Below, piece by piece: positions 50,120 through 64,000 of a stretch of 64,000 nucleotides of DNA. The notes under the pieces were generated by a model. It was not told where the DNA came from and did no database searches. It was given only the letters and a program-made list of their open reading frames with translations. The stretch is from Adineta vaga (taxonomy: Eukaryota; Animalia; Rotifera), in contig CP075492.1 of NCBI GenBank assembly GCA_021613535.1, forward strand, positions 7,688,001 to 7,752,000, given 5' to 3'. Each line of letters begins with the position of its first letter. The first letter of the stretch is position 1. The position numbers and the translations under genes were made by a program.

Positions 50120-52708
50120 TGTTTCACCAGTTATTCTAAAAAAAAGTAAAGAAAGTTTTTCATTAGATTTATTAAATTCAAACGAAGAAAAATACGTTCA
50201 ATGTTAACATGTGGTGTTTTTTCTCGTTAAACGTTTCTAATGATTGAATTAAGAGACAAAAAAAAGTATATTTATGACATTTAACATTGTTAATGAACAA
50301 CTGTCTATGAAAAGGAGATTGAATATCGAATGACGATGACCTTCGTGATCAAAGCGAATGAAAGTTTTTTATCATGACCTTTATCTCTTTCGATTTAGTG
50401 TTTAACAAGTTTATTCAGTTGATCGTCTAACAAAGAGATTAATTTTTCTATATGATGATGTTTTTTTTCCTTCTTCTTCTTCGTCTACAACAAAAACATT
50501 CTATTCTACAGTGGTTAATATATGGCATTAATCAAGATTATGAATCTATTCAGTAAAAAACAACATCAAGAAAATATTCGCATGATTGATTTTTTGAATA
50601 TTTCTTCTTCTTGTCTTTCGAATAACGGAGAAAGTAAAACTCACATTCTACTTACTTTATGATTATTGATTGAGCACGACTAGACGACGATGATGATAAT
50701 AATAATTTTTTTTATCAATCATTGATAATTATAGGGATTAGATATAAAACAAAAGTATGAAATCGAAAATATACATATATAGAAGAAATAAATGAATAAG
50801 ACTATATTCTCTTCAAATGGAAGGTCAACTGAGATGGATGCATATATTTCACAAGTGTATTTGCGTGAAAAAACACAGTCTCTTCTTTGCTAGTTGTGTA
50901 TGTATATATGCGATATAATTTCTGCTTTACGGGTTTTTGCATCGGTGTATGTATACACTCCTACTTCATTTTCTTTATCCCACAATCAGAAAAAAACGAC
51001 GAAAAAAAGACGTCAATTGAGTACTCTCAACTGTTTCTTACATATGCACATATACATAGACGAAAAAAAAAAATTTTTTTTTTGTATATAGATGAAGATC
51101 AATTTCATCATTGTGTCGTTGGATGATGATAGTCAAACACCTGTTTTATTCACTTGCTGATAAGAAGAAGAAAGAGAAAAAAATAAGAGTAAGAAATATC
51201 TAAATACAATGACATTTACGATGTTATTACATGTACAAGGTTGATGTTTTGTCTATAAAGATTTGAATAAAATTCGATTTGATACTAAAGAATTCATCAG
51301 TCGATACTTTCCTTTCTTTTCTCGTCAAATAAAATTTTTCTTTCGATTATATCACATTTATATATATACATCTATTTGATCTTTCGATGAACACGATGTA
51401 TATTAATGCATTTATAAGAGTCTTCATTGAACAATTAAGAGAAGTGTAATAAGCAAAAACTATCATACAAGTAATAGTGAATATCAAATACTTACAAAAA
51501 AAGTATTTTAAAAGAAAAAGAAAATCTTTAATTATTCGTTAGAAATGCAATGTTTTATAACCCCTTGATAAGATTTGTTATTTGTTTACCTAAAACATGG
51601 AATTTGAGATATTAGATAAGTAATTGACTAAATTTTCTTGCTTTGTTATTCGATATTTATAGAAGAATAAGGCAATGTCATTTTGTTCTGTCTGTTGATG
51701 AAATACTATCTTTCGTCAATAGATTTGTCTATTTCATCATTACATTATATTAGACTAACTACATTACAGAAATGACCACTCTTCATAGTATCCTTCTTTT
51801 AGCAAATGAATATCATTTGATTCGAAAGTAAATCCTTGCTGTGATCATTGATATGTCTGTATCAATATATAATTATTCTTTTTGTTTCTTAAACTAATCG
51901 ATGTCCTTCTTAATCAAATAAACTCATAATATATTATAATACATCTTCATTCAATGTCATCAGTCTGTCTTACATTTTCCTCGTTGAAATTGTCTCTCCT
52001 TTTTTTCCATCATCATTATTTGTTCAATATATATTAAATAACAATAATAGTTAATATGATCATATAAGAAAATATTTTTTCGCTTCAATTCACATATCAA
52101 TATTCAAGACAATGAAGATTCTTTGTTTTTATTGATATTAACTATGATAATATTAGCTGTTTACATCTAATATCAAATCCTAAGATTAATATTAACAGTT
52201 TTGCAAAAAATGCAAACTCAAAAGTTTAAAATATGCAAAATCTATCACGCGTCAAGTATTACAGCACTTTCTACACCCTAAAGACTATTCATATGTATGT
52301 GTGCAGACAAACCCGTGTCACACGCAGGCGGTCTATGCATTACTATTATTATTACAAACGGACATACTAAAGCGAGCCCTGAAGCGCATTAAAAACGATG
52401 TAATAGAATATCCTTGACCAATCATCATGGTCGAATAGAATAAGAATCGTACAATTGCGTATAGAGAGAACGAGAGAAATACCGATCGAGCGTTTATACT
52501 CATACAAAAAAAAGAGAACATAACGAAGCGTACCTATTGCTAATCGTGATTATTATTTTTCTCTACTCATATATATATATATATACATACGCATCTTTGC
52601 GTTCATTCGGCCGTTTTTTTCTATCTCCTTCATTGTCACACAATTGAAAGGCAAGTGAATCTTTTTATATAATACTCAAACGATCAATCTTATTCGAACA
52701 CATTATAC

Positions 52709-53526
52709 ATGGGTGACACATTCGATTATGGATATTTGACTACACCAACTGGTCAGTTAAATATTGCGGAAATTGTATGATGATATTTTTATTATTTCAT
52801 TGAGTTCATATTGTATTACCGTTTAGGTTTGTTTAATTGGAGCATTGATTAGTGTTGGATTTACCTCACGTTTATATTGTGAATTAGTCGATAATTTACA
52901 ATCGGTTTATCCCGATTTTAGTACATTACTTGTTCGAAATGTTTATCAAACATTTACTATTTTTTGTTTAACAGTAACTATTGTTATACTTATTGTACAT
53001 TTATATGGTATACGTTTCACAGGTAGACATTATTCACATATCAATCAAATAGTAAGAAATTGAATTTATTATTTCAAAAAAATTTAAATTAATAAAACAA
53101 AATAATTTCTTTTTAGTGTTTAGGTTTTAATATTCTTATGGCACTTATGATGATATCTATTGGTATATGTGCTGCATTTTGGGAAGATAAACTCCGACGT
53201 ACACCGGGTATTCTCCGACGAGGTTATTTAGAAAATCAATATCATTATATTTATAATGAATGGACACATCCACGACCGGGTGCAGCAATTGCAGCTTCTG
53301 TAAATATATCTTTGAAACGAAATAGTTATTTTATTTGTTTATGTTATTCTAGATCTTTGCTATTCTAAGTGGTATTCTATTTATTCTTGAAGCTTGTTCT
53401 CGACCAATGTTAAATACAGGTGCTAGACGTATTCCAACAGAATATACAATTCCAGTTACTTCTCAACGTGTTGTGATAAAGAATAACAAAGGTGAACGTA
53501 TAATACCGATTGAAAGAATAATATGA
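52709..53526 (+). CDS. MARVEL-like four-transmembrane protein; 4 exons
   Basis: FDYGYLTTPTGQLNIAEI|V start, typical of MARVEL/CMTM proteins; four TM helices; AAIAAS|IFAILSGILF at TM4. Confidence 0.75.
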
Positions 53527-54095
53527 CATACTCGAGTTTCAATAGATTCATATGTAATTTTTCCTATGCTTTTATTATATTTTAAAATCAATACAGAAAA
53601 AAAAAGAAGAGGAAACGAACGAAATTTTACAATTGACAATATCTAAAACAATGTTATATTTTACCTACTTCTTGAAAGATTATATAATCATACAATCACT
53701 TATGAATGAACCATTATTTATAACACGTTATTTCGACAAGGACTTAACCAGATAGAGAAGAGTTTGAAATGAAATTGTTTCATGTATGACTTATTATCAA
53801 TAATGTTTGACATCTATATGATCTAATAATGATAAAGAAGTTTTATTGATGATGTATAGAATTTGTTATATTGTTTCGAAGATTTGTCAATGAATTAATA
53901 AAGAGATATTGTTATTGTTAATATTCTCTTCTTTGATGATTAATATGTGATGTTTTGATTCGAAAGTAATTCTTTACTTGAGAAGAGTTTTATACGAATA
54001 AAATTTTACTTGAAAGAGGCCAGTGTCGATGATTCGATTAGTAGTCAATAATAAAAGATAAAAACAAATATACATAAGTAGATTTCGCCGAAAAA

Positions 54096-55147
54096 ATGTT
54101 ACACGAAGAAGATGCATTGATATGGATCGATTTAGAAATGGATGGATTAGATTTAAAAAAGAATTATATTCTAGAAATTGCTTGTATTGTTACAGATTTT
54201 AATTTAACAACGATTCATGAAGGTATATATTTTCTTTTTTATCGAGAACTTTTTCTTCTCTTTTGCTTTTTCAAGGTCCTGATCTTGTTATTCATCATCC
54301 AAAATCATTAATGGATGCTATGGGTCCTTGGTGTATGGAACATCATACAAAATCAGGTCTTGTTCAACAAGTTTTAGATAGTAAACTATCGATGATCGAT
54401 GCTGAAACCGAAATCATAAATTTTATTGAAAAAATAACTTCATCAACAACGAATAGCAAACGTCTTATACTTGCTGGTAATTCTGTTTATGTTGATCGAT
54501 ATTTTTTAGAAAAAGATATGCCACGTTTAAATGCAATGCTCAATCGATCTATTCTCGATTGTAGTACATTAAAAGAATTAATTCATCGTTTTAACTATCG
54601 AATTTATTCTCAAGCACCAATCAAAGGTGGAAATCTTCATCGAGCATTGGATGATATACGAAATAGTATTGAAGAATTTCGATTTTATCAAACAACAGCA
54701 TTTGAAGAAAAGCAACAAATTCAAAATAATCAATCTTTACAAAGCAAACAAGATTTTTCTCAATATCTTGTATGGATTAATGTGAATAACAACTTAGTAC
54801 ACGGTATTTTAACCGATGGAAATTTGAATATAGTCGATGAAATTATTGATGCAAAGACAAATGATGATTTAATGAAATTTTTTCAACGAAATCACATTCG
54901 TCATCAACGAATGATCGTTGTTGCAGGAAAATTCTTAGGTCCAATTCGAGCACAATTGAAAAATGTTGCTTCTGAATTTAATGAATTTTGTCATTATCGA
55001 TCGATTGATATTGATGTTGTTTCTCTTATTTGTGAACGATGGTTTCCAGAGACTTACAAACAACGGCCTATGAATAATAAGCAAGAGAATGATTTAAAAA
55101 ATTCCATTGAACTTCTTCGATTTTATCGTTCAAGAATATTTAAATAG
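54096..55147 (+). CDS. REXO2: oligoribonuclease (Orn/REXO2, DEDDh) fused to a second, degenerate Orn domain; one intron about 54223-54275
   Basis: LIWIDLEMDGLD, EIACIVTD, WCMEHHTKSGL, AGNSVYVDR, HRALDDIRNSIEE; second copy LVWIN...LTDGNLNIV...VAG...HYRSID...ERWFP...DLKNSIELLRFYR. Confidence 0.92.
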
Positions 55148-55198
55148 AAATATATATTACAACAAAACATAAACGATTCTTGTTTGATTTCTTTTCTT

Positions 55199-58019
55199 TT
55201 ATAAAACATCGAAAAACAATGGAAAAACACTTTTTGTAATTTGTTTTGTTTTATCATCATTATTTGTTGTTGCTGAAGAAATTACTGAACGATTAAACCG
55301 ATTGGAACGTTGTTGTTGTCGCTGTTGAGATGAAGATGTTTGAAACGATGATTTCAAATTACGAATACAAATATTCACGAGTTGAGTTACACTGTCGAGT
55401 AGGGATGAAGTATCAGGAAATTTACGTTGAGAAAGAAGAAACATCGCTTCAGTAAAAGCAGAGAATGGTAAACCTGGGAGAAAAAAAAGAATTTCTAAGT
55501 CAATCTCAAATTGTTTTTCTCCTTCCCAATATAATTACTTTACCTGATAGAGGAGTTCGTGATACAAATTGTTGCCATTTTCTTAATATTTGATAGTAAA
55601 GAATATCAATAGATGATGTTGTAATCATTTCATCAATAATTCCACATGTACTATTCAAAGATACAAGGAATAAAGTTAGTTTTTTAGAAATATTTCTATT
55701 GTACTTTGTAAATGTTCGAAATTGTACATTATTCATTGTTTTATATCCATGAATAACAACAAATTGAATATATATATAAGCAATTTTATCAATTAAAACT
55801 AGATGTTGATATTTTGTTTTCTCAGTTGATGGATAGATCAATCGTAATTGTTTTACTAGGTTGTTTTTGGACGGTGATCTTGGGCGACTAGTAGCAGATT
55901 TAATCATCGAACGTTTCATTTTAAATGCTGATCGTCCACGTTCATCTTCGGCGACTATTTCAGCAAGAATTTTTGTCTGTTTTAGTTTATTATCTGGTAA
56001 GATAGAACGCTGGGCATGACTAGTAGATTTAATGAGATCAATGTCTTCAAATTCTTTTGATTTTGGATCTGGTGGTCGAGAAAAGTATGGATTTCGTTTG
56101 ATATCAAAACGTGATTTTTGTGCACTTTTAATTCTTTCATTTCGTTCTTCCACTCGACGTTGAGCTACTTTTTCAAGACGTTGTGTTAACAATTCATCAT
56201 TGATTTGAAATTGAGCATGACGAGTACTAATTTATTGAAGAAAAAAACGTTCTAATAATAAGCAATTCAAATAATAACTCACAATGTTTCTAATCTTTTC
56301 TTTGGTAATGCTAATTTCAATGTTTCTAATATTAATGTTTTTTTAATTTCTTCATCAATTGGACTTGTCTGATAGATACGCTTTCCTATAAATAAAAAAT
56401 TGATTCTTTCAAAGACATAATTCCGATTTTATCTTACCTGCATCATTTTCTTTATCAAAATCAATTCGAAGCGAAGGATTAGCATTGACTTCAAGTAAAA
56501 TTGGTTTCAATTCATCAGTTAGAATAATATCAAAACCAACAATCTACATACAATTAATAAAAATCAAATAAGAACATGAAGAATTTCTATTGTCATACTT
56601 GAAAACATGAAACATTCTGTTTTCGAGTTAATGGTATTTCCATTTCATATTCCACTCGTAAATTAGGTAAAATTGCTAGAATTGTTTTATTAATCATTTC
56701 AACAATTAATAATTTGATTTCTTCGATTTTTACACTTCCATACATGCGAGTTAATTGTGTCCAAACAGTACTTAATTTACGTTTACTTCCATCTGTTTGT
56801 TGACTATCTAAGACATGTTTATAAGTTGAACTACGTTTATTTAAAGCATAATTCGTTAAATGCATATAAGTTTGATGAAGATTGTCTGTTGATGGTGCAT
56901 GATAAATCAATGTAGCAAAACGAACAAGTCCTTCATCATATAGAAAAATTTCTAATGGATAAAGATTTAGAATTAAAACATAGATTCGTAAATCAAATTT
57001 TAATCCATTGATTAATAATGGTCGATCGATATATTCTAGAAACAAACGAATCAAGATGAATGATGATTGTTCATTGAAACAAACCTTGAACGACATGTGG
57101 ACGATTAGTAATAGTACAAAGAGCTGGGTCTCGAAGTAAATAGATACCTTCACCTTGAGAACCATCTAGAAATAAAAATTAAAGAAGATCTGTTAGTTGA
57201 ATTTCTTTTGAAGAAAAATCAACCTGATGGTTTAACAATAAATGTTGTTAATGATCGATGATGTTTTTTATCTTGTTGATGAATATAACGTATATCATCT
57301 TTGAATTGTTGATTTTGTTCAGGAAGAAACCATGTTTTGGGATAAAAATCATATTCATTAGGAAATAATAATCTCATATTATTTAATAGACGTGTTAAAT
57401 GAACTTTACGTAATAGATCATTCATACCTGGAAATTTATTAACTCGTCCTGAAGTAAATGCAAAGTTTATATTTCCTTCATGAAATGACGCACAATGCCA
57501 ATAGATATCCGAATCCGGTGTAGTCGTAAATGTACACTATAGAAACAAACAAAAATCAATAATTATTCTGTAAAATACTTTGATGATACTTACTTCTTTC
57601 CATCCAAGTTCTCTGATACATATGCGAACAACATCAAGATTTGATCTTGCTTTACTTGTATCTACTGTGACGGACTTTTTTCCAATATGATGATCATCCA
57701 TTTTTGATGTTGATGAAACAAGTCGTGTTGTTGATGTAAACTCAGTTTTTAATGATGATGCAACTGTTTTCGATGAAAATTGACTCGTTGCCGATTTGAT
57801 TTGTCTTTGACGTTTTGGTGACTTAATTCTTTTCTTTTCTTTTATCTTTCGGAAATTAACTTGACTTTCTCGATTGATCAATAACTTTTCTCGTTCAATA
57901 TTATCGTCAACAATCATATTTATACTTGTACATTGTAATATCGGATCATCATCTTGGTCATGATTTTTCTTTTTAGATATTGAATTAATCGAAGAATTTA
58001 ATAATACTTCTTCTGCCAT
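55199..58019 (-). CDS. TTLL11: tubulin polyglutamylase, TTLL11-like (multi-exon)
   Basis: VTVDTSKARSNLD, VNKFPGM, YDFYPKTWFLP, FIVKPS|DGSQGEGIYL, KFDLRIYVL, HLTNYALNK, CFQ|IVGFDI, LLEVNANPSL. Confidence 0.9.
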
Positions 58020-59420
58020 GATAATAAACTGGTTAATTCCACGAAAATTCGATTAAGTGCTATTTAACATTTTGTATTTGTGACACACTTGTTTACATTA
58101 TCGACAAGAGTAGAAAAAAAGCAACGTCTACACTTTTTTCTTTCTCAATTCTTTCAACATTTGTTACCATTGCCAATGTTATAATCTCATTTAGTGAATT
58201 CATAAGTAAAGTCAACAAGATATATTGATAGAAATACTAAGACAAACAGAGAAAAAAAGAATCGAAACGGATAATAGTATACTTATGATCTTTCTTCGAG
58301 AAAATAATGGAAGAAGAAAAAGAACGTGTATTTTATTTTTCTCAATAAATATTGTCGACATTACTTATGTAAAAATGCTTTTATATTTTGATTTTATAGA
58401 AAGAGAAAAAGCAAAGTCGTCAATGACAACGATCTTTCATGGGTTTTATTAAATATATAAATTCCATTGATAAAAAAAGAAAAGAACAAATACATTTTTT
58501 TTGTATTCGTTTTGAGAGTAAACGATTGGAATACGTATACAAGCATATGCAGATAATCTATTCACATACTCTATAAATATAATAACGAGTAATCCTCAAA
58601 AAGAAAAGTCTTGTATCAAGAGCAACTTCTACTCTATATTCATGACAATCTATTATCTCTAAGAGTTTCAAAGATTTACAATTCCTCTTTTTCACAGAGA
58701 ACATCTTGTACATGCAAAACTCATTATGGAAAACATTGCTTTAAATTACATTGCACTGATAGATATTTTCTTATAAATTTGACTATGCATTTATTTAGAA
58801 AAGAAAACCATTTGCCGCCGTGAATGGACGAAAATGATTCGTTCCTATATAACATCTATGAATTTTGAGAAAATATTCTATAGACAAAAGATCAGCTGTT
58901 TAAGTGCATACTTGCCTTAAACAAATGCATTTGCAAGAATCAACCAATCGAATGACGAATAATATCATATGGCTCGGTTTATTGTATTGTATACGCATAC
59001 ATTCAGTCAGTTGAGTCTTGTCTTTCATCTATCGGTCATTCCGTTGTTCATTCGGGTTTTTTTTCTTTCTCTCCTTTTAATAACTACCTATTGAATAATA
59101 AATTTTATCATACATATTTCATCTTTACTTCTTTTAGATTAATAAAATTGATTCATACATTTTTGTGTGACAATCTTTTTTTTTCTTTCGTCGCATATCT
59201 ATTAGCAATACATATTATCAACAAATATCTAACACGAATATACACACACACACACGCGCATATTCGTTTTTTTATTTGACACTCAATTTTTCTCACGTAA
59301 TACTTTACTTTATCGATAATATTGTTTGTATTTGTAAATTTCTTCAATCTCTAGTATGTTCAATGTCTCGGAACAACAATAACAGCATAGTTTTCTTTCG
59401 AATGTCCAACTTCGTCTCAA

Positions 59421-62400
59421 ATGGCTCATATACACAACAGTTCGAGCTCCTCAACTAGACGGTCACTACGCTTATTAACGTATGTTAAACAAGAAAAACA
59501 AACATATTTTTCTCAAATATTTATTTATCATGTTTTCTTTTCTTTGATCATTCAGAGCCGAACGTAAATCAACCGCAACGATTGCACACGAGTCGAACGT
59601 TGACGGTAGTCGTCTTTTGCTCTGAAAACGATTTCTATATACAACTTTTTTTCTCTCTCTTCTAGACGAAGAAGAAGAAGAAGGAGAAGAACACGAACAA
59701 GAATCACAACCGACATTACGTCAAGCTAAATTTAAAGCACTCGAAGCTATATCAATTAGTAATAATAATAAACGTCGAAGTGAACTTGATATAGATACGA
59801 ACAACGATCAACTAGACGTCGGAGTGGAATCCGAAGAACATTCGACTAGTCGAAAACGAACACATTCAAAACAAGCATCATCCTCATCATCTCATCATAG
59901 TATTCGACATGTTTCGAATACTGTAAGACGTCAGAAACGTAGTAAAAAATCGAAATCACCAAGTGAAAAAACTTCTTCAAAAACATCGAAACGTCAACGA
60001 CAGTCCTCATCTGAAGACGACGACGTTGAGAGTAATAATCGTTCGTCGGTACATTCAAAAGTTAAAAGAAATTCAGCACCTATTGTACCAAATCGTACAC
60101 GATCCAAATCAAATCTAAGAAAACGAAGTGATTCAAATACTGATTCAGAACAACAAACTGAAGGTGCAGACACGGGGAATCTTTGTGTACGACGAGGAAC
60201 AGGTAAAATGACGAATTAATTTTCAAATCAATGATAAATTTTATTCGTAGGCGGAAGAGAACTTCATAGTGTTGTAAGTGATCCATCGACGACTAGTAGT
60301 AATCGACGATCACGTGTTACTACTCATCATCGTCGATATTCAAATAAAACACCTATTGGTTATTTGACAACAGGTCAATCGTCTTCCAGGTAAACAAAAT
60401 CATACTTAATCGGATTGAAATTTTCGAATATTCATATTACTTACCGTCAAGGACGTTTTCGAACGACATTAGAATAATACAATTTCGAAAGAAAGGGAAA
60501 ATAAAGAAGTCATGTATAGTTTTGGTGATTTTGAATTAATTTTAAGTCAGCTTTACTACCTAGTAGAAGAAAAACATATAAACAATCAGATGCTATTTAT
60601 CAATAAATGTAATTAAGCATGACGGCGATTGAAGTGTAAAGAAAAAATAGTTTGTCATTGGATTCTATGAATAAATTCAACCTTGTATATGCAAAACATG
60701 AAACATTTTTCCTCCTTCTCGTTTCAGTTAAGGACGAAGTTTTTTTCTTCTCGCTCTCTCTCTCTCTCCTTTTCTTCTATTTATTATGCGCTTGCGAATG
60801 AATTTCTCTTCTTTTCTACCCATATGACAAGCTTATTGACCTTATTACTTTGTTACACACAATATTAGAACTTTTTAAATTGAGACATTTTCTTTTTTTT
60901 CCTTTGTTATATAGCCGTTCGTCGGTGCCTGTCACCAACGCCGGCGGTATTGACGAGCGACCGTGTGATTCAAATCCTAGTGTCATATCATCAACACATC
61001 CGTTACATTTATTCAATTCATCAGCATATTATCAACAAACAGGATCTCCTCCGCCGTCATCATCATCTGCTCAATCATATTCAGGTGTTGTTCCACCTGG
61101 ATCTTATAGTTCTTCATTTGTTGCAAGTGCTGCATCTGCAAGTACACATCGAAATCTAAAACATTCATTACCTATGTCAACAGAAAGCGATACAGATCCA
61201 GATAATAATGGAAGAACGATGAGTCCATCACCACGAGATGTTCTATCAGATCCAGCTTTTGCTCGTGCAGCTGCTGCAGCCGCTGCTGCTGCTGGTGGAC
61301 CTACAAGTGCAGCATTATTTCATACATTATCCGGTCGTGTTCAACATTTAATGAGTCGAGTTGGAGGTGGAAGTTCGTTAAATGCGATGAATGGACGTTT
61401 ACAACAGTATATGCAAGGATTACAGGTAAGAATTATTTTATAATAATAAGATTTTATCACTTTTTGATCGTTAATTTTCTAGTCACCTGATCCGGATGTT
61501 CGATTGTCGACACTTAATGAATTATGTTCGGTAAGTTTCGAATAGAAGAATCGATGAAAGTTTTTGTTATGAAAACATTTGTTTTCTTGTAGCTTCTTGT
61601 AATGAGCAATGAAGAAACATTACCCGGTTTTCAATTTCGTCTTCTTTATCCACCATTACGTGATTGTTTAGCTGATGAAAATGAAGCCAATGCTGAAATA
61701 GCTCTCACAGCTTGTCGAGCATTAACATATCTCATGGAAGCTTTACCACGATCTGCTGCACAAATTGTTGAAGCAACACCCGTATTTCTAAGCAAAGTAA
61801 ATTCATTTGATTGATAATCATTCATTCATTTCTTTTCGTCTAGTTACGAAGTATTACATCAATCGATATTGCTGAACAAGCATTAACTGCTTTAGAAATG
61901 ATTTCAAAACGAAATGGTAAACAAATTCTAATGGCAGTAAGTTCATTTATTTATTCGCAGAAAAGCAAATATGATTTTTTTCTAATCGAATCTTCTAGGA
62001 TGGAATTGGTGCTTGTCTTGAATATATTGAATTCTTTTCTATTACTTCACAAAACAAAGCTTTAGCAATTGTTGCGAATTGTTGTATTCATATTTTAACA
62101 CGCAATGATTTCAATTGTATACGTGTTCATCTCGAAAATCTTTCTAATCGCTTACGATCGGATGATAAAAAAACAATTGAACATGTTTGTTCAATATTTT
62201 CACGTTTAGTAGAAAATTTTCATCGAGATTCATTAATTTTACGTGAAATCGCATCTACTCAATTACTTAAAACACTACAAACTATGCTCGTTGTTCAACC
62301 ATCTTTATTGAATAGTGTAACATTTGTTAGTATTATTCATATGTTTTATATTTTCTCTGCTTATTGTCCAATACTTGCTGTTACATTACTGAAAATGAAC

Positions 62401-64000
62401 ATAGCCGATACAATTCTATGTCTTCTAACGGGTCCATCAGAAAGTAGATCATCGTCAAAAACAATACCAATTACATATAAATCAGCAGCATTATCAACGA
62501 ATGAAGCAACTTCAGTCAATATCTCATCAGTACAACAAACAAACAGTATTGAACTTATTTCACGTACACCACAAGAATTGTATGAAATTGTTTCTTTAAT
62601 CGGTGAAATGATGCCACGATTACCAAATGATGAACCATTATTTCAAATTGATCAATTATTTCGTCGTAATACATTATCAAATAGAACTTATGATCCTACT
62701 TCTAATGGTTATACTCTCTGGCATTGGCAAGATGATCAAGGTATTGTTGCTTTTTCTGACGAATAGATACGCTTCTTGTGTAATTGTAAATATCGTCAGC
62801 TACAATATTTGGCCATTAAGAAGATAACTTCGAGCGATTCACACCTTTCTTTCCAATAGATACCTTGAGGCAATAAATGTATTTTTTCTATATCAATTTT
62901 ATCTCAATGTCGAAAGATGAATATTACTTTCTATTTGATAATATTAATGACTAATTAATTGCTATTCTTCTATTTTAGGTCAATTACGTCCCTATTCATT
63001 ACAAGATTCTCGTGCAATTGAACATGCTTGGCAACAACATGAAGAAGAAGTTCAATTAATGATATCTGGCCGTCATTATCTTATTGATTTACAACAATTA
63101 CAACAGATCAATGAAGAAACAAATCAAGCTCGATTTATTAAACGTTTTGTTACACCTGATACAAGTGAACCACCAACAGAGTATAAACATTAACAATTTC
63201 TATTCTTATTCGATAAATTCAACTTATCTTTTTGTTTTTAGTATCACTGATGAACCAACAAATACTCTACGTCAACCAACAACAACGACAGTTTCTAATT
63301 CCGATGCTCGAACTGAAATGATGAAAGATAATATGGAATTATATAGCTCATTTATACAATCATTATTCACTGTTCTCTATGAAGTTTACAATTCATCTGC
63401 TGGTCCAGCTGTTAAACATCGTTGTTTACAAGCAGTACTTCGTATGATATATTATTCTCCATCGGATTTACTTGAAATCATTTTAAAACAACAATCAATC
63501 TCATCTCATATTGCTTCTATGCTTGCTTCATCTGATTATCGAATTGTTGTTAGTGCTTTACAAATGGCAGAAATTCTTATGAAAAAATTACCACAAATAT
63601 TTTCGACATATTTTTATCGTGAAGGTGTTGTACATCAAATAGAAATCCTTATTGGTTTTGGTGTTGTTTCATCATCAAATTTAACTCTAGCCCGTAGTAG
63701 TCATACAAGTGGAAGTCGTAGTCAACTTGATCTTGCTCATTTAAATGAACATTCTTCCTCACAAATTGAGCCAATTGAAGAACAAATACCAAAAACAACG
63801 ACGACAGCAGCAGCAGCAGCAACAACAACAACAACAGCACGTCGATATTATACGACTTCGGAATCATATCCAACAACAACAAGAATTGAAACACGTTCAC
63901 AACGTGCTCGTCTTCCTAAAACATCTACTCGTTCAATGTTCGAAGATTTTTCATCAAGATCTTTAGTTGGACGAGAAACCGGTGCTTCATTTTCTACGGG
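59421..64000 (+). CDS. TRIP12: TRIP12/Ufd4 HECT E3 ligase, 5' part (disordered N-terminus, ARM repeats, WWE domain); continues beyond the window
   Basis: [64 protein letters not shown] domain WHWQDDQG|QLRPYS...[33 protein letters not shown]. Confidence 0.93.

Noticed and set aside
52250-52560. Locally GC-richer stretch as a possible tRNA or ncRNA
   Set aside because: No cloverleaf, A/B boxes or known RNA motif found; more likely promoter sequence of the flanking divergent genes.
374-64000. Apparent genome-maintenance cluster (RPA1 x2, ERCC6, ITPA, Orn, TRIP12)
   Set aside because: The genes are spread over 64 kb among unrelated genes; there is no evidence of enrichment beyond chance.

Overview
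AT-rich, gene-dense eukaryotic (animal) DNA with many very short GT-AG introns (about 50-65 nt). Intron size, gene compactness, the style of the F-box and small-protein genes, and the mix of metazoan and bacterial-like genes suggest a bdelloid rotifer (inference, not proven). I assembled about 28 spliced gene models by hand. They include two tandem RPA1 paralogues, SNX8, CENPJ/SAS-4 (with a same-strand RING gene nested in an intron), an F-box pseudogene, a secreted metallophosphoesterase, an SRCR protein, an MFSD4-like transporter and a claudin-like protein. They also include a bacterial-type GNAT, a GPCR, a TerB-like protein, a Ly6/uPAR protein, a frameshifted AmtB-type ammonium transporter, two S1 proteases, ITPA, SOCS7, ERCC6/CSB, a frameshifted PRPSAP, a MARVEL protein, an oligoribonuclease, TTLL11 and the 5' part of TRIP12. 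The most striking finding is the oligoribonuclease (Orn/REXO2). It is a tandem fusion of a catalytic domain that has lost the HYR motif and a catalytically dead domain that has kept it, which looks like a subfunctionalised single-chain pseudo-dimer. Other highlights are a divergent RPA1 paralogue with a remodelled ssDNA-binding OB-A fold, the nested RING gene with a candidate SUMO-interacting motif, an apparent cluster of horizontally acquired genes (20-33 kb), and operon-like gene pairs with unpaired splice acceptors just before the ATG. No tRNA, rRNA, CRISPR array or intact transposon was recognised. Exon boundaries are manual and approximate.
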